Assembly: GCA_963796115.1 (NCBI GenBank)
Contig: CAWCKE010000007.1
Span: 100,382 to 164,381, forward strand
Length of the DNA: 64,000 bases
DNA from: an uncultured Acidimicrobiia bacterium
Lineage (GTDB): Bacteria; Actinomycetota; Acidimicrobiia; Spongiisociales; UBA11373
Reading direction: 5' to 3'
Shown: piece by piece, positions 63,932-64,000 of the stretch
Layout: each line of letters opens with the position of its first letter
Position numbering within the stretch: position 1 is the stretch's first letter
Program-made: the position numbers and the translations under genes
The notes under the pieces: model-generated
The model's input: only the letters and a program-made list of their open reading frames with translations
What the model was told of the DNA's origin: nothing
Databases searched by the model: none

Positions 63932-64000
63932 TGTCAGCGCGTTCTCCTGATGCTGCGTCCGGGGGTCGCTCGGGGCCCTGTGCCAAGGCCGGCCCCCGGG

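Overview
High-GC bacterial chromosome segment, most likely Actinomycetota (Acidimicrobiia-like, judged from the 16S/23S sequence, the actinobacterial-type 23S insertion, gene order and many leaderless genes). About 19-20 genes, including essential pheS, pheT and tyrS, carry 1-nt frameshifts. These look like long-read indel errors, so the affected genes are given as joined spans. Housekeeping content: FMN riboswitch plus ribD-ribE-ribBA-ribH-rnhB, infC-rpmI-rplT-trmH-pheST-argF-mpg, a PBP1a, tyrS, and a complete rRNA operon whose 23S gene is interrupted by a 698-nt group I intron (L1931) encoding a LAGLIDADG homing endonuclease. Accessory content: a sulfonate/nitrate-type ABC transporter, a xanthine-oxidase-family molybdoenzyme whose FAD subunit has a whole GltD-like module inserted, a metal-homeostasis islet (CDF, His/Asp-rich small protein, TerC with a yybP-ykoY riboswitch), a candidate dif site, an unusual heme-copper enzyme with His->Asp/Tyr->Leu active-site changes and a CuA-less subunit II (gNOR-like), and a sulfide/sulfur-relay operon (HTH-PocR regulator, SQR, DUF1641, TusE-like, DsrE). 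The best candidates for undescribed biology are the trxA/dps/zinc-finger locus with two identical 13-bp palindromic operators, the molybdoenzyme insertion, the gNOR-like oxidase, and the SQR operon regulator with phased TGCAT repeats. No tRNA, CRISPR array or transposase was seen.
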